Assembly: GCA_963766715.1 (NCBI GenBank)
Contig: CAVYBH010000011.1
Location: forward strand, 96,001 to 160,000
Length of the DNA: 64,000 nucleotides
Direction: 5' to 3'
Source: an uncultured delta proteobacterium
GTDB taxonomy: Bacteria > Myxococcota > Myxococcia > Myxococcales > Anaeromyxobacteraceae
Below, one piece after another: positions 10,676-21,732 of this stretch. The notes beneath the pieces were generated by a model. It ran no database searches. It was given only the letters and a program-made list of their open reading frames with translations, and was not told where the DNA came from. The first letter of the stretch is position 1; each line of letters starts with the position of its first letter. A program made the translations under genes and the position numbers.

Positions 10676-11661
10676 TGGGGCGCGCCCGGCTCGTCCTGCG
10701 CTCGCTGGCGCCCTTCCTGGTGGCGCTGCCGCTCCTCTGGCTCCTGCAGGGACGGATGCCGGACGACTACTCCATCCTGTTCATCTCCGTCGCGGTGAAC
10801 GTGATCCTGGCGGTGTCGCTCAACGTGGTGAACGGCTTCACCGGCCAGTTCTCCATCGGTCACGCCGCCTTCATGGCGGTGGGCGCCTACACCGCCGCGC
10901 TCGTCACCACCGGCATGGAGACCTTCCAGATCGCCGGGCTTCCGCTGGTCGCCTCCGACGCGGTGGTCTTCTTCGTGGCCATCCTGGCCGCGATGGCGAT
11001 GTCGTCGGTCGCCGGGCTGGTCGTGGGCATCCCCTCGCTGCGCCTCCGGGGCGACTACCTGGCCATCGTGACGCTCGGCTTCGGCGAGATCATCCGCGTG
11101 GTCATCGAGAACACCCGGGTGCTGGGGCAGGCCACCGGCATCTCCGGGCTCCCGCGCTACACCAACGTCCTCTGGGCGGGCATGGCGGTGGTGGCCACCG
11201 TGGTCATGGCGCGGCGGCTGCTCCTCTCCACGCAGGGCCGGGCGCTGCTCGCCATCCGCGAGGACGAGGTGGCGGCCGAGGCCATGGGCGTCGACACGGT
11301 GGGCTGGAAGGTGCGGGCCTTCGTGATCTCCGCGGCCTTCGCCGGCCTGGCCGGCGTGCTCCTCGTCCACCGGATCCAGCTCGTCACCCCGCGCATGTTC
11401 ACCTTCGTGAAGTCGATGGAGGTGGTGGTGATGGTGGTCCTCGGCGGGATGGGCTCCATCACCGGCTCCATCATCGCGGCGACCGTGCTCACCGTGGCGC
11501 TCGAGTGGCTGCGCGGCCTCGATCAGTACCGGATGGTGATCTACTCGATGCTCCTCATCGTCCTCATGCTGACGCGCCCCTCCGGGCTCTTCGGCACGAA
11601 GGAGATCTGGGACGCCGCACCGCGCTGGATGCGGCGTCGCGCCGGCGGGGGCACGCCGTGA
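10675..11661 (+). CDS. livM: Branched-chain amino acid ABC permease
   Basis: GFTGQFSIGHAAF, LRLRGDYLAIVTLGFGEI, AIREDEVAAEAMG. Confidence 0.93.
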   Translation: MGRARLVLRSLAPFLVALPLLWLLQGRMPDDYSILFISVAVNVILAVSLNVVNGFTGQFSIGHAAFMAVGAYTAALVTTGMETFQIAGLPLVASDAVVFFVAILAAMAMSSVAGLVVGIPSLRLRGDYLAIVTLGFGEIIRVVIENTRVLGQATGISGLPRYTNVLWAGMAVVATVVMARRLLLSTQGRALLAIREDEVAAEAMGVDTVGWKVRAFVISAAFAGLAGVLLVHRIQLVTPRMFTFVKSMEVVVMVVLGGMGSITGSIIAATVLTVALEWLRGLDQYRMVIYSMLLIVLMLTRPSGLFGTKEIWDAAPRWMRRRAGGGTP

Positions 11662-12480
11662 GCGAGGCGGGCGCGCCGGTCCTGGAGGCCCGCGGGGTGG
11701 TCATGCGGTTCGGGGGGCTCACCGCCCTCTCCGGATTCGACCTGGTGCTGCGGACCGGGGAGCTGGTCGGGCTCATCGGCCCGAACGGCGCCGGGAAGAC
11801 CACCGCCTTCAACGCGCTCACCGGCGTCTACGCGCCCAGCCAGGGAGAGGTCCAGGTCGCCGGGACGCGGGTGAACGGCATGCGTCCCCACCAGATTCTG
11901 CGACCTGGGGGTGGCCCGCACCTTCCAGAACGTGCGCCTCTTCCGGGAGCTCTCTGCCTTCGACAACGTGCGCATCGCCTGCCACGCCGGGTCGCGGAGC
12001 GGGTTCACCTCGGCCTGGCTGCTCACGCCCCGCCACGACGAGGAGGAGGAGCGGATCCGCCACCGCGCCGACGAGTTCCTGGCGGTGATGGATCTCTCGC
12101 ACCGCAAGGACGAGCTGGCGCGCAACCTGCCCTACGGCGAGCAGCGGCGTCTCGAGATCGCCCGCGCGCTCGCCACCGGCCCGAAGGTCCTCTGCCTCGA
12201 CGAGCCCGGCGCCGGGATGAACGCCTCGGAGAAGGTGGCCCTCATGGCCCTCATCCGGCGCATCCGCGACCAGTTCTAGCTCGCCATCCTGGTCATCGAG
12301 CACGACATGCGGCTCGTCATGGGGGTCTCCGAGCGGGTCATGGTGCTCGACCACGGCGTGACCATCGCCCACGGGCGTCCCGAGGAGGTGAGGCGGGATC
12401 CCAAGGTGATCGAGGCCTACCTGGGCGACGGCAAGCTGAAGCTCCGCCCGCCGCGGCGGGCCGGGGGAGGGGAGGCGTGA
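11658..12480 (+). CDS. livG: Branched-chain amino acid ABC ATPase (frameshift ~11900, in-frame TAG 12277-12279)
   Basis: GPNGAGKTT, ARTFQNVRLF, LPYGEQRRLEIARAL, LDEP. IEHDM and VIEAYLG continue in frame after the TAG. Confidence 0.9.
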
Positions 12481-13193
12481 GCGAGCCGCTCCTCTCGCTG
12501 CGCGACCTCGTCGTGCACTACGGCGTGATCCGGGCCCTCTCCGGGATCTCGCTCGAGGTGCCGAAGGGGCAGATCGTCGCGCTCATCGGCGCGAACGGCG
12601 CCGGGAAGAGCACGACGCTCCGGGCCATCTCGGGGCTCGTGCGCCCCACGTCGGGCTCGGTCGACTTCCAGGGCGCCTCGCTCGCGGGGCTGCCGTCCCA
12701 CGAGATCGTGGCGCGGGGAGTGGCCCAGGCGCCGGAGGGGCGCGGGATCTTCCTCAACCTCAGCGTGAAGGAGAACCTCGAGCTGGGCGCGTACCTGCGC
12801 CGGGACCGCGCCGCCATCGCGGCCGACCGCGAGCGGGCCTACTCGCTCTTCCCCATCCTGAAGGAGCGGCGCGACCAGGTGTCCGGCACGCTCTCGGGGG
12901 GCGAGCAGCAGATGCTGGCGGTGGCCCGGGCGCTCATGAGCCGCCCCACCCTGCTCCTGCTCGACGAGCCGTCGCTCGGGCTCGCGCCGCAGGTGGTCGA
13001 CCGGATCTTCCAGGTGATCCAGGAGATCAACGAGGCCGGGGTGTCGCTCCTCCTGGTCGAGCAGAACGCCAACATGGCGCTGCAGGTCGCCCACCACGCC
13101 TACGTGCTCGAGACCGGATCGATCGTCATGCAGGGAAGCGGGCGGGAGCTGCTGGAGAGCCCGGAGGTCCGCAAGGCCTACCTGGGGGAGTGA
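12477..13193 (+). CDS. livF: Branched-chain amino acid ABC ATPase
   Basis: GANGAGKST, LSGGEQQMLA, LLDEPSLGLAP, VEQNA, VRKAYLG. Confidence 0.95.
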   Translation: MSEPLLSLRDLVVHYGVIRALSGISLEVPKGQIVALIGANGAGKSTTLRAISGLVRPTSGSVDFQGASLAGLPSHEIVARGVAQAPEGRGIFLNLSVKENLELGAYLRRDRAAIAADRERAYSLFPILKERRDQVSGTLSGGEQQMLAVARALMSRPTLLLLDEPSLGLAPQVVDRIFQVIQEINEAGVSLLLVEQNANMALQVAHHAYVLETGSIVMQGSGRELLESPEVRKAYLGE

Positions 13194-13196
13194 CGG

Positions 13197-13850
13197 TCAC
13201 CCGCGCGTCGTCTGGCGGGCGCGGAGGGCGACCACGCGATCCTTCAGGAACTCGAGCCGGAGCTCGCGCTCGACCACGAAGTCGGTCGGCGTGACGCCGG
13301 CGGCCACCAGGATGTCGCGCTGGGCCGGGGTGAGCTCGAGGGTCCTCGAGGCCGCGTAGGTCCAGGCATCTCCGGTCGAGCCGCCGCCGTCCCGTCCCAG
13401 CAGCGCGATCACCTCGGCCTTCGTCATCCCCAGGCGAAGCCCGCCGCCGGTGGCCTCCGGCAGCGACTTCACCGGCCTGCAGGTGGGGCGCCCGGCCTCG
13501 GGGATGGAACGGCCCGGGACGTACTCGAGGTGCGCCGCCGCCGCCGCGAGCTCGAAGCGCCGGAGGACCACGAGCCCCTCTCCCGACCCGAAGCCCAGGC
13601 CGAGCCGCGCACCGGACGGTCCGGCCCAGCAGAGGTAGGGGGCCTTCGTGCCCGGGAGCCAGTCCTTGCGATCCACCTGGCCCAGGCGGCGCGTCGCCAT
13701 CTCGAGCGTGGCCTCCTCGAGGCGGAGGCCGGCAATCGACATGTGGCGCTCGAGCAGCTCGAAGAGCGCCTCCTCGTCGATCGGCTGCGCCCGGGCCACC
13801 GGTGCGAGGCACGCGGCCAGGGCGGCGGCGGCGGCGAGGCGGCGGATCAC
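13197..13850 (-). CDS. Hypothetical exported protein
   Basis: Signal-peptide-like VIRRLAAAAALAACLAPVARA; GLRLGMTKAEVIALLG resembles an SmpA/BLIP-like motif. An in-frame hydrophobic segment upstream (to 13970) may be a separate small membrane ORF. Confidence 0.6.
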   Translation of the reverse strand: MIRRLAAAAALAACLAPVARAQPIDEEALFELLERHMSIAGLRLEEATLEMATRRLGQVDRKDWLPGTKAPYLCWAGPSGARLGLGFGSGEGLVVLRRFELAAAAAHLEYVPGRSIPEAGRPTCRPVKSLPEATGGGLRLGMTKAEVIALLGRDGGGSTGDAWTYAASRTLELTPAQRDILVAAGVTPTDFVVERELRLEFLKDRVVALRARQTTRG

Positions 13851-14017
13851 GCGGCCCTTCCTCTCGCGCCGCTCGTGACGCCCGGAGAGGCCGTACACCT
13901 GCGCCGCGATCGCCCCGGCGGCGAGGAGACCGAAGAACCCGAGGAAGAGCGCGACGACGAGGCGGCCCACGTCCCGGATCTTTACCCGGGAGGCCGCCGA
14001 TTCGCCTCCGGCCCCCG

Positions 14018-15254
14018 TCACCCGTTCGAGGCGCGGATCTCCGCCAGGCGCCGCCGCCTCGCCGGGCCGACCGCGAGCTGGCCGGCCGCGACGGCCAGGC
14101 CGGCGACCAGGCAGGTTCCCCAGACCCCCGTCGGACCGAAGCGGCCGAGCCCCCAGGCGCCCAGCGCCGGCGCGGCGAACGCCGCCACGGCCCAGGAGAG
14201 CGAGTAGGCGCCCTGGTAGCGGCCGCGCAGCGCGGCCGGCGACAGCTCCGACGGGATGGTGGACACGACCGGCAGGTAGGCGATCTCGCCCACCGTCCAG
14301 ACCAGGATCCCAATCGCGTACCAGCCCACCGAGTGGTGCAGGGCGTTCATCCCGAAGCCGAGCCCGATGAGGGCCGCCCCGGCCGCCATGGCGTGGGCGG
14401 GGTCGCGGGAGCCGATCCAGCGCGCCGCCAGCGGCTGCAGGAAGACGATGATCCCGCCGTTCAACGCCATGAGGAGCCCGAACCCCGCCGGGGAGACGCC
14501 GTGCTGGGCCATGTCCACCGGCAGCGTGAGCTGGAACTGGAAGAAGATGGTGGCGACGGCGAGGTGGAGCAGGAGGAAGGGCAGGAAGACCCGGTCGCGC
14601 AGCGGCACGACGAGCCCGGCCACGACCTGCCGGACCGTCTCCGGATGGGACGGGCGGGCGGGTCTCCGCGACGAAGCGCCAGACCACCCAGGCGAAGACC
14701 AGGCTGGTGAGCCCGTCGCCGACGAAGAGCAGGGTGTAGCTCAGCGACGCGATGAACCCCGCCAGCACGAGCCCGATGGCGACGCCCAGGTTCACCGCCC
14801 AGTAGAGGAGCCCGAAGGCGCGCACCCGGTCCTCCGGGGGGACCACGTCGCCGATCACCGCGTGGGAGGCGGGCCGGTAGACCTCCCCCACGAACCCCAC
14901 CGCGAAGACCAGCGGCGCCAGCGCCGCGGGCGACCGCACGAGCCCGAGCGCGATGGTGAAGGCGGCGCCCCCGACGAGGGAGCCGAGCAGCGCGGCCCTG
15001 CGTCCGATGCGGTCGGCGACCACGCCCGCGACCGGCCCCGCCCCGATGGCGCCCAGGCCCCAGAGCGAGACCAGCCCGCCCGCCTCCGCGACCGACAGGC
15101 CCCGCTCGCCGGTGAGGTAGAGGGACAGGAAGGGCACCACGAAGCTGCCGATCCGGTTCACGAGCAGCCCCACCCAGAGCGCCCAGTAGGCGCGCGGAAG
15201 GCCGCCGAGGAGCTGGCGGCGCGTGTCGCGCAGGGACTGGAGGGAGAAGGACAC
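14018..15254 (-). CDS. MFS transporter, MdtH-like (frameshift ~14640)
   Basis: GVVADRIGRR (MFS motif A), multiple TM helices, ELSPAALRGRYQG. Confidence 0.88.
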
Positions 15255-15283
15255 GGCGGCACATTCTACTTCCGAAACGACGA

Positions 15284-15305
15284 CGGCCGCCCCGAGGGGC
15301 GGCCG
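15284..15305 (-). terminator. Hairpin downstream of glnA (probable intrinsic terminator)
   Basis: CGGCCGCCCC-GA-GGGGCGGCCG perfect 10-bp stem; weak U-tract on minus strand. Confidence 0.55.
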
Positions 15306-15331
15306 CCTGGGACTCGCGATGCGACGATTGC

Positions 15332-16756
<1,425 letters not shown>

Positions 16757-16803
16757 TGCGGAGTGGTCTCCTGATGGGGCGGAGGGTGGACGAGGCCCGG
16801 AGT

Positions 16804-16819
16804 AGCACGGCGTGTGCCA
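16804..16819 (-). promoter_or_regulatory. Sigma54 (-24/-12) promoter of glnA
   Basis: Minus strand TGGCACACGCCGTGCT = TGGCAC-N5-(T/G)TGC with exact GG-N10-GC spacing, 47 bp upstream of the ATG. Confidence 0.85.
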
Positions 16820-16869
16820 CCCGGATCTACTCCAATCGACCCGAGGATCGGAGGTGGCTTTCGTGGGGC

Positions 16870-16908
16870 TGCCCGATAAACAGGCAATGACTGCACGGGA
16901 ACCGGGCT
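16870..16908. promoter_or_regulatory. Two tandem 17-bp NtrC-type enhancer sites
   Basis: TGCCCGATAAACAGGCA (16870-16886) and TGCACGGGAACCGGGCT (16892-16908), 22 bp apart, upstream of the sigma54 promoter. Confidence 0.65.
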
Positions 16909-17030
16909 CCCCGGCGGGCCGCGGCGCCCGAATGCCCCCATCGGGGGGTCCGTGCTTCCCGGGACGCCCGGCGCCGTGCCGAGCGTGAGTCGCGGCAGTA
17001 GGTAGGCACGCCCGCGCCCGAGCAATCGGG

Positions 17031-17058
17031 TGTCTCATTCTGCAAACCCGGCGTGTCA
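17031..17058 (+). promoter_or_regulatory. Putative ECF promoter, copy 1 (TGTCTC-N16-GTGTCA)
   Basis: Same bipartite motif and spacing recur at 21659 and 23326; lies 17 bp upstream of the ECF start. Confidence 0.7.
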
Positions 17059-17075
17059 CGAGGACAGGAGGCGTT

Positions 17076-17624
17076 TTGGAAGACCCGAGGAGCCAGGTGA
17101 GCCGGCTCTACAGGGAGCTTGGCCCGGTGGTGTACCGCCGGTGCCTTCGACTGCTCGGCGACCGGGCAGCGGCCGAGGACGCCACGCAGGAGGTCTTCGT
17201 GAAGCTGCTGCGCGACATGGGTCGGCTCCAGGATCGGGAAACCGTGCTCCCCTGGATCTTCCGGGTGGCGACGAACCACTGCCTGAACGTCCGTCGGGAC
17301 GCGCGAGGGCGCGGGCAGGACGGGCTCGCCGAGGACCTCGAGGTCCTGCCCGACACCCGCGGCGACGGTCCGGAGGCCTACCCGGATCGAGCGCTGGCGC
17401 AGTCGGTGCTGGCTCGCTTCGACGCCGAGACCCAGGCCGTGGCCGTGGGCGTCTTCGTGGACGGGATGGAGCACGAGGAGGTCGCGGCGGTCCTCGGCAT
17501 CTCCCGGCGCACGGTCTCGCGGAAGCTCTCGAGGTTCCTCGAGAACGCGCGAAAGTACCTGGCCCGGACCGACGCGGGACGGACGGAGCGGGCGAAGGAG
17601 CCGGACGAGGCGGTGCTGCCGTGA
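17076..17624 (+). CDS. ECF RNA polymerase sigma factor
   Basis: [21 protein letters not shown] (region 2), [18 protein letters not shown] (region 4 HTH). AGGAGG RBS, TTG start. Confidence 0.93.
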   Translation: MEDPRSQVSRLYRELGPVVYRRCLRLLGDRAAAEDATQEVFVKLLRDMGRLQDRETVLPWIFRVATNHCLNVRRDARGRGQDGLAEDLEVLPDTRGDGPEAYPDRALAQSVLARFDAETQAVAVGVFVDGMEHEEVAAVLGISRRTVSRKLSRFLENARKYLARTDAGRTERAKEPDEAVLP

Positions 17625-18361
17625 CCCGCTGCGCGTCCGAGCTGGCCCTCGAGCGCCACCTGCTCGATCCCCGGCATTCCCGGATCGACCTGCACCTCCG
17701 ATCCTGCCCGGCGTGCCGGGCCCGCCTCGCCCGGATGGAGCGGGAGGGCGAGGGGTTCCACCGGTACGTCCACCCGCGCACCATCGACCGGATCCTGGCG
17801 GCGCAGGCGGCCCGCAAGCCCGCGTGGCGGAGATGGGCCACCTTGCTGCTGCCGGCCGGGGGGCTCGCCGCGGCGGCGACGGCCGCGCTTCTCCTCGTCT
17901 CCCCGATCCCGCCCGCCGGCTACACGGGCGAGAAGGGAACGCCGCTGGCGATGCGGGTCTGGGTCGGGGACGCCGACGGCGCCCGCGAGGTGTCCGACGG
18001 TGGCGCGGTTCCGCTGGGTTCCCGCCTGCGGTTCCGGGTCGCGGCCGGTCGCCCCTGCCGGCTCTGGCTCGTCTCGGCGGATGCCCAGGGAGACGTCTCC
18101 CGGCTCTACCCGGCGCAGGGAGATGCCGCGGTCGTGCAGGGAGGCGCCACGCTGCCGGGCGGGGTCGCGCTCGACGACGTGGCCGGGCCCGAGCGGCTCT
18201 TCGCAATCTGCAGCCCGGACCCCGTTCCCCTCGAGAAGGTCGAGCAGGCGATCCGGCGCGCCGCCCCGGGCGGTGCCGAGGCGATCCGGCGCCCGGTGCG
18301 GCTCGACGGCCTCCCCTCCGGGACCACCCAGGCCACGCTCCTCGTCGAGAAGGTCCCTTGA
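17621..18361 (+). CDS. Zn-finger membrane anti-sigma factor with DUF4384-like extracytoplasmic domain
   Basis: HLRSCPAC (HxxxCxxC ZAS motif), one TM helix, then Ig-like LRFRV...LDDVAGPERLFAICS. GTGA-coupled to the sigma gene. Confidence 0.8.
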   Translation: MTRCASELALERHLLDPRHSRIDLHLRSCPACRARLARMEREGEGFHRYVHPRTIDRILAAQAARKPAWRRWATLLLPAGGLAAAATAALLLVSPIPPAGYTGEKGTPLAMRVWVGDADGAREVSDGGAVPLGSRLRFRVAAGRPCRLWLVSADAQGDVSRLYPAQGDAAVVQGGATLPGGVALDDVAGPERLFAICSPDPVPLEKVEQAIRRAAPGGAEAIRRPVRLDGLPSGTTQATLLVEKVP

Positions 18362-19872
18362 GCCGGAGGAGCACGCTCGCCGCGCTGCTGCTCGTGGCCG
18401 CCCTCGCGCCGGCCCCGGCCGCCGCGGCGGCGCGCTTCGCCATCGTCGTCGGCAACGACGCCGGGACGACCGGACGCCCGCGGCTGTACTTCGCCGAGAA
18501 GGACGCCGACCGCGTCCGCGCCGCGCTCCTGGAGCTCGGCGACTTCTCCGACGATCGCGTCGTCGTGCTCAAGGGCCGGAGCGCCTCGGCGTTCCGGGAG
18601 GCCTTCGCCGCCACCGACGCGCGCATGCAGCTGGCTCGCCGCTCGGGGGAGCGCACGCTCCTCGTCGTCTACTTCTCCGGTCACGCCGGCTCGGTGGGGC
18701 TCGAGCTCGGGAACGACACGCTCTCGTACGACGAGCTGCGCAAGCTCACCGCCGCCTCCCAGGCCGACACCAAGGTCGTCGTCCTGGACGCATGCGAGTC
18801 GGGCGGCCTCACCCAGGTGAAGAGCGCCAGGCCGCTGTCCGCCGTCGACTTCGCCCTGCCCAACGACGAGAGCGCCCGGGGGACGGCCTTCATCACCTCG
18901 GCCGCGGTGGGAGAGGCGGCCCAGGAGTCGGCGGCCCTGGGCGGCAGCTTCTTCACCCATCACCTCGACGTGGGGCTGCGCGGGGCGGCCGACGCCGACG
19001 GGGACGGCCAGGTCACGCTGGCCGAGGCCTTCCGCTACACCTCGGCCCGCACGGTGGCCCAGACGGCCGGGACGCAGAGCGGCATCCAGCACCCCACCTA
19101 CGAGTTCCGCATGTCCGGCCGAGGCGACGTGGTCCTCGCCGACCTGCGCAAGGCCGAGTCGAAGCTGGTCCTCCCCGCCGATCCCGGGTCGACCTACTTC
19201 CTTCGCGGCCCGAAGGGCGTGCTCACCGAGGTTCCGGCCCAGGCGGCGCCGCTCGCGCTGGCCCTTCCGGCGGGGCGGTACGCGGTGGAACGGCGCTCCC
19301 CGGACGGGCGCGCGACGGGCGAGGTCACGCTGGAGAAGGGCGCGACCCGCGACCTCCCGCTCCTCTCGCCCACCCGGTACGAGGTGGCGCGCGCCAAGGG
19401 AGGGCCCAAGCCGAACCTGGCCTTCGTCGAGGGCGGGGTGGCCTGGTTCGACATGAAGGGGCTGGGCGTCGCACCGACGGTCCGGGCCGGCGTCCGCAAG
19501 GAGTTCGGGCCGGTCGGGCTCCGGGTCGCCTTCGACTGGGCCGGAAAGAACGTCTCGGGGGGCACGCTCGACTACCAGTTCCAGTACTTCGGCGGCTCGG
19601 TGGCGCTGCTCTGGCCGCTCACCGAGAGCGCCTTCTTCCTGGAGCTCGGGCCCCAGGTCACCGGCGGGTTCGCCAACCAGACGTTCCCGTCGAGCCCGTC
19701 CTTCTCCTCGGGCATCTTCGGCGCGGGTGCGGCGCTGATGGCCTCGATTCCCCTCGGCCCGGTGCGCCTCGGCCTCGACGTCAGCGCGGCCGCCCAGCTC
19801 TACAAGCTGAACGACAAGACCGTCGTCCGGCCGGGCGGCTCGGCCGGCCTGCTCCTGCTCTTCGGGTTCTAG
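18358..19872 (+). CDS. Exported caspase-family (C14) protease with C-terminal putative outer-membrane beta-barrel
   Basis: Signal peptide; RFAIVVGN; YFSGHA and LDACES His/Cys dyad; GSFFT; QHP; amphipathic C-terminal strands ending in Phe. Confidence 0.88.
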   Translation: MSRRSTLAALLLVAALAPAPAAAAARFAIVVGNDAGTTGRPRLYFAEKDADRVRAALLELGDFSDDRVVVLKGRSASAFREAFAATDARMQLARRSGERTLLVVYFSGHAGSVGLELGNDTLSYDELRKLTAASQADTKVVVLDACESGGLTQVKSARPLSAVDFALPNDESARGTAFITSAAVGEAAQESAALGGSFFTHHLDVGLRGAADADGDGQVTLAEAFRYTSARTVAQTAGTQSGIQHPTYEFRMSGRGDVVLADLRKAESKLVLPADPGSTYFLRGPKGVLTEVPAQAAPLALALPAGRYAVERRSPDGRATGEVTLEKGATRDLPLLSPTRYEVARAKGGPKPNLAFVEGGVAWFDMKGLGVAPTVRAGVRKEFGPVGLRVAFDWAGKNVSGGTLDYQFQYFGGSVALLWPLTESAFFLELGPQVTGGFANQTFPSSPSFSSGIFGAGAALMASIPLGPVRLGLDVSAAAQLYKLNDKTVVRPGGSAGLLLLFGF

Positions 19873-19873
19873 G

Positions 19874-21647
19874 ATGCGCAAGCTCCCCCACGCCCTCGTC
19901 GCCCTCCTCGCCCTGTCGGCGCTGGCGTCCACGGCCTGCAGCAAGACGCTCGTCGACGAGGACGGGGCGAACCTCGTCCCCGTCGCCTGCAACTGCCTGG
20001 CGCCCGCGGGCGGGAGCCCGGTGTGCAACCCCGACGGCAGCTGCGACTACGTCTGCCAGGGCGACCTCCTCAAGTGCGGGGGCGGGTGCGTGACCTGCTC
20101 CGCTCCGGCCAACGCCAGCCCGGCCTGCGTGCAGGCCACCTGCGGCTTCACCTGCAACGCGCCGGCGCGGCTCTGCGAGGGCGCAGCGGCCACCTGCCAG
20201 GTGGAGAGCGACCTCTCCTGCGGCGCCAGCTGCGCGCCATGCCCCGGTCCGTCCACCGGCCCGGGGCGTGGGGTCTGCCAGCCCGGTCCGTCCGTGGGGA
20301 CCGGCACCTGCTCCGTCGCCTGCGACGCGGGCACCCACGGCTGTGGCGGCTCCTGCTTCGCCGACGACGACGCGGCCCACTGCGGCGCGACCTGCCAGGT
20401 GTGCACCGCGCCGGTGAACGCCTCCCCAATCTGCGCCGCCGGCGGCTGCGCGTTCGCCTGCAACCCGGGCTGGATGCGCTGCGGCGACGGATGCTGCCTC
20501 GCCTCCTCGGTCGCCGCGGGCGGCCAGTTCGGCTGCGCCCTCCTCGACGACGGCCGCGTCCGGTGCTGGGGCGCCAACGACCGCGGCCAGCTGGGAGACG
20601 GATCGACGACCTTCCGCCCGGTCCCGGTCGACGTGACGGGGCTCCCGGCGGCGCCGTCCCGCGCCGTCGCGGTCGCCGCGGGCTGGGCCCACGCCTGCGC
20701 CGTGATCGCGCCGGGCGGCCAGGTCTAGTGCTGGGGCGACAACACCACGGGTGAACTGGGCGCGGGCGCCCCGGGCAGCTTCAGCCCCACGGCGATCCCG
20801 GTCGCCGGGATCGCCGGCGTGCCCGCCCCGGCCTCCTCCGTCGTCGCCGCCGCTGATCGCCGCCGGTGGAGGCGTGGCCGGGACGCCCGCCGCCGCCTTC
20901 GGGCACACCTGTGCGGTCGGCTCGGGCGGCCTCGCCTGCTGGGGCGCCAACGGGTCCGGGCAGCTCGGAGACGGGACCACCACGCAGAGCAGCAGCCCGC
21001 GAGTCGTGTCGGGGCTCGGCGTCGTCACCTCCGTGACGGCCGGCGAGCAGCACACCTGCGCCGTGTCCGGCGGCGCCCTGCGCTGCTGGGGCGCGAACGG
21101 CGCGGGGCAGCTCGGCGACGGCAGCTCGACCTCGAGGACCACGCCGGTGGCGGTGAGCACCGCGGCGTTCCCCGCCGGGGCCACGGCCAGCCTCGCCGCC
21201 GCGGGCCGGACCTCCTCCTGCGCCATCGTCGGGACGCCGGCCGCGCTCTTCTGCTGGGGCGACAACGGGGAGGGACAGGTGACCGGCAACGCGCCGCCTC
21301 CCGCCACCCAGCCCACGCCGCTCGCGCCCGCGCTCGGCGGCAGCTTCGTCCCGACGTTCGTCGCGGCGGGCCGGGCCCACGTCTGCGCGCTCAAGCCCGA
21401 GATGAAGTGCTTCGGCGCCAACGGGCAGAGCCAGCTGACCGGGCCGCCCGCGGCGGTGGGCAAGGTGGACGTGACGCTCACCGGAGGCAGCGGCATCGCG
21501 CTCACCGTGGCCGCCGGCGGCGACCACACCTGCGCGCTCCTCACCGACGGCTCCGTGCAGTGCTGGGGCGCGAACGACCGGGGCCAGACCGGCACGGGCC
21601 TTCCGGCCGCGTCGGTCGTCACGCCCGCGTTCGTGTCCGGACGCTGA
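19874..21647 (+). CDS. Cys-rich lipoprotein with RCC1-repeat beta-propeller (in-frame TAG 20726-20728, frameshift ~20850)
   Basis: Lipobox STAC; Stig1-like [12 protein letters not shown] repeats; repeated HTCA...CWGANxx[17 protein letters not shown] resumes in frame after the TAG. Confidence 0.85.
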
Positions 21648-21658
21648 TCCAAACCATC

Positions 21659-21686
21659 TGTCCCGTGCCGCGGAGTCGCCGTGTCT
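21659..21686 (+). promoter_or_regulatory. Putative ECF promoter, copy 2 (TGTCCC-N16-GTGTCT)
   Basis: Matches the motif at 17031 and 23326; intergenic, upstream of the first DUF5666-like gene. Confidence 0.7.
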
Positions 21687-21732
21687 TCCCGTCAGACAGC
21701 GGGCGGGCACTTCTCCAGCGACGGAGCGGCAC

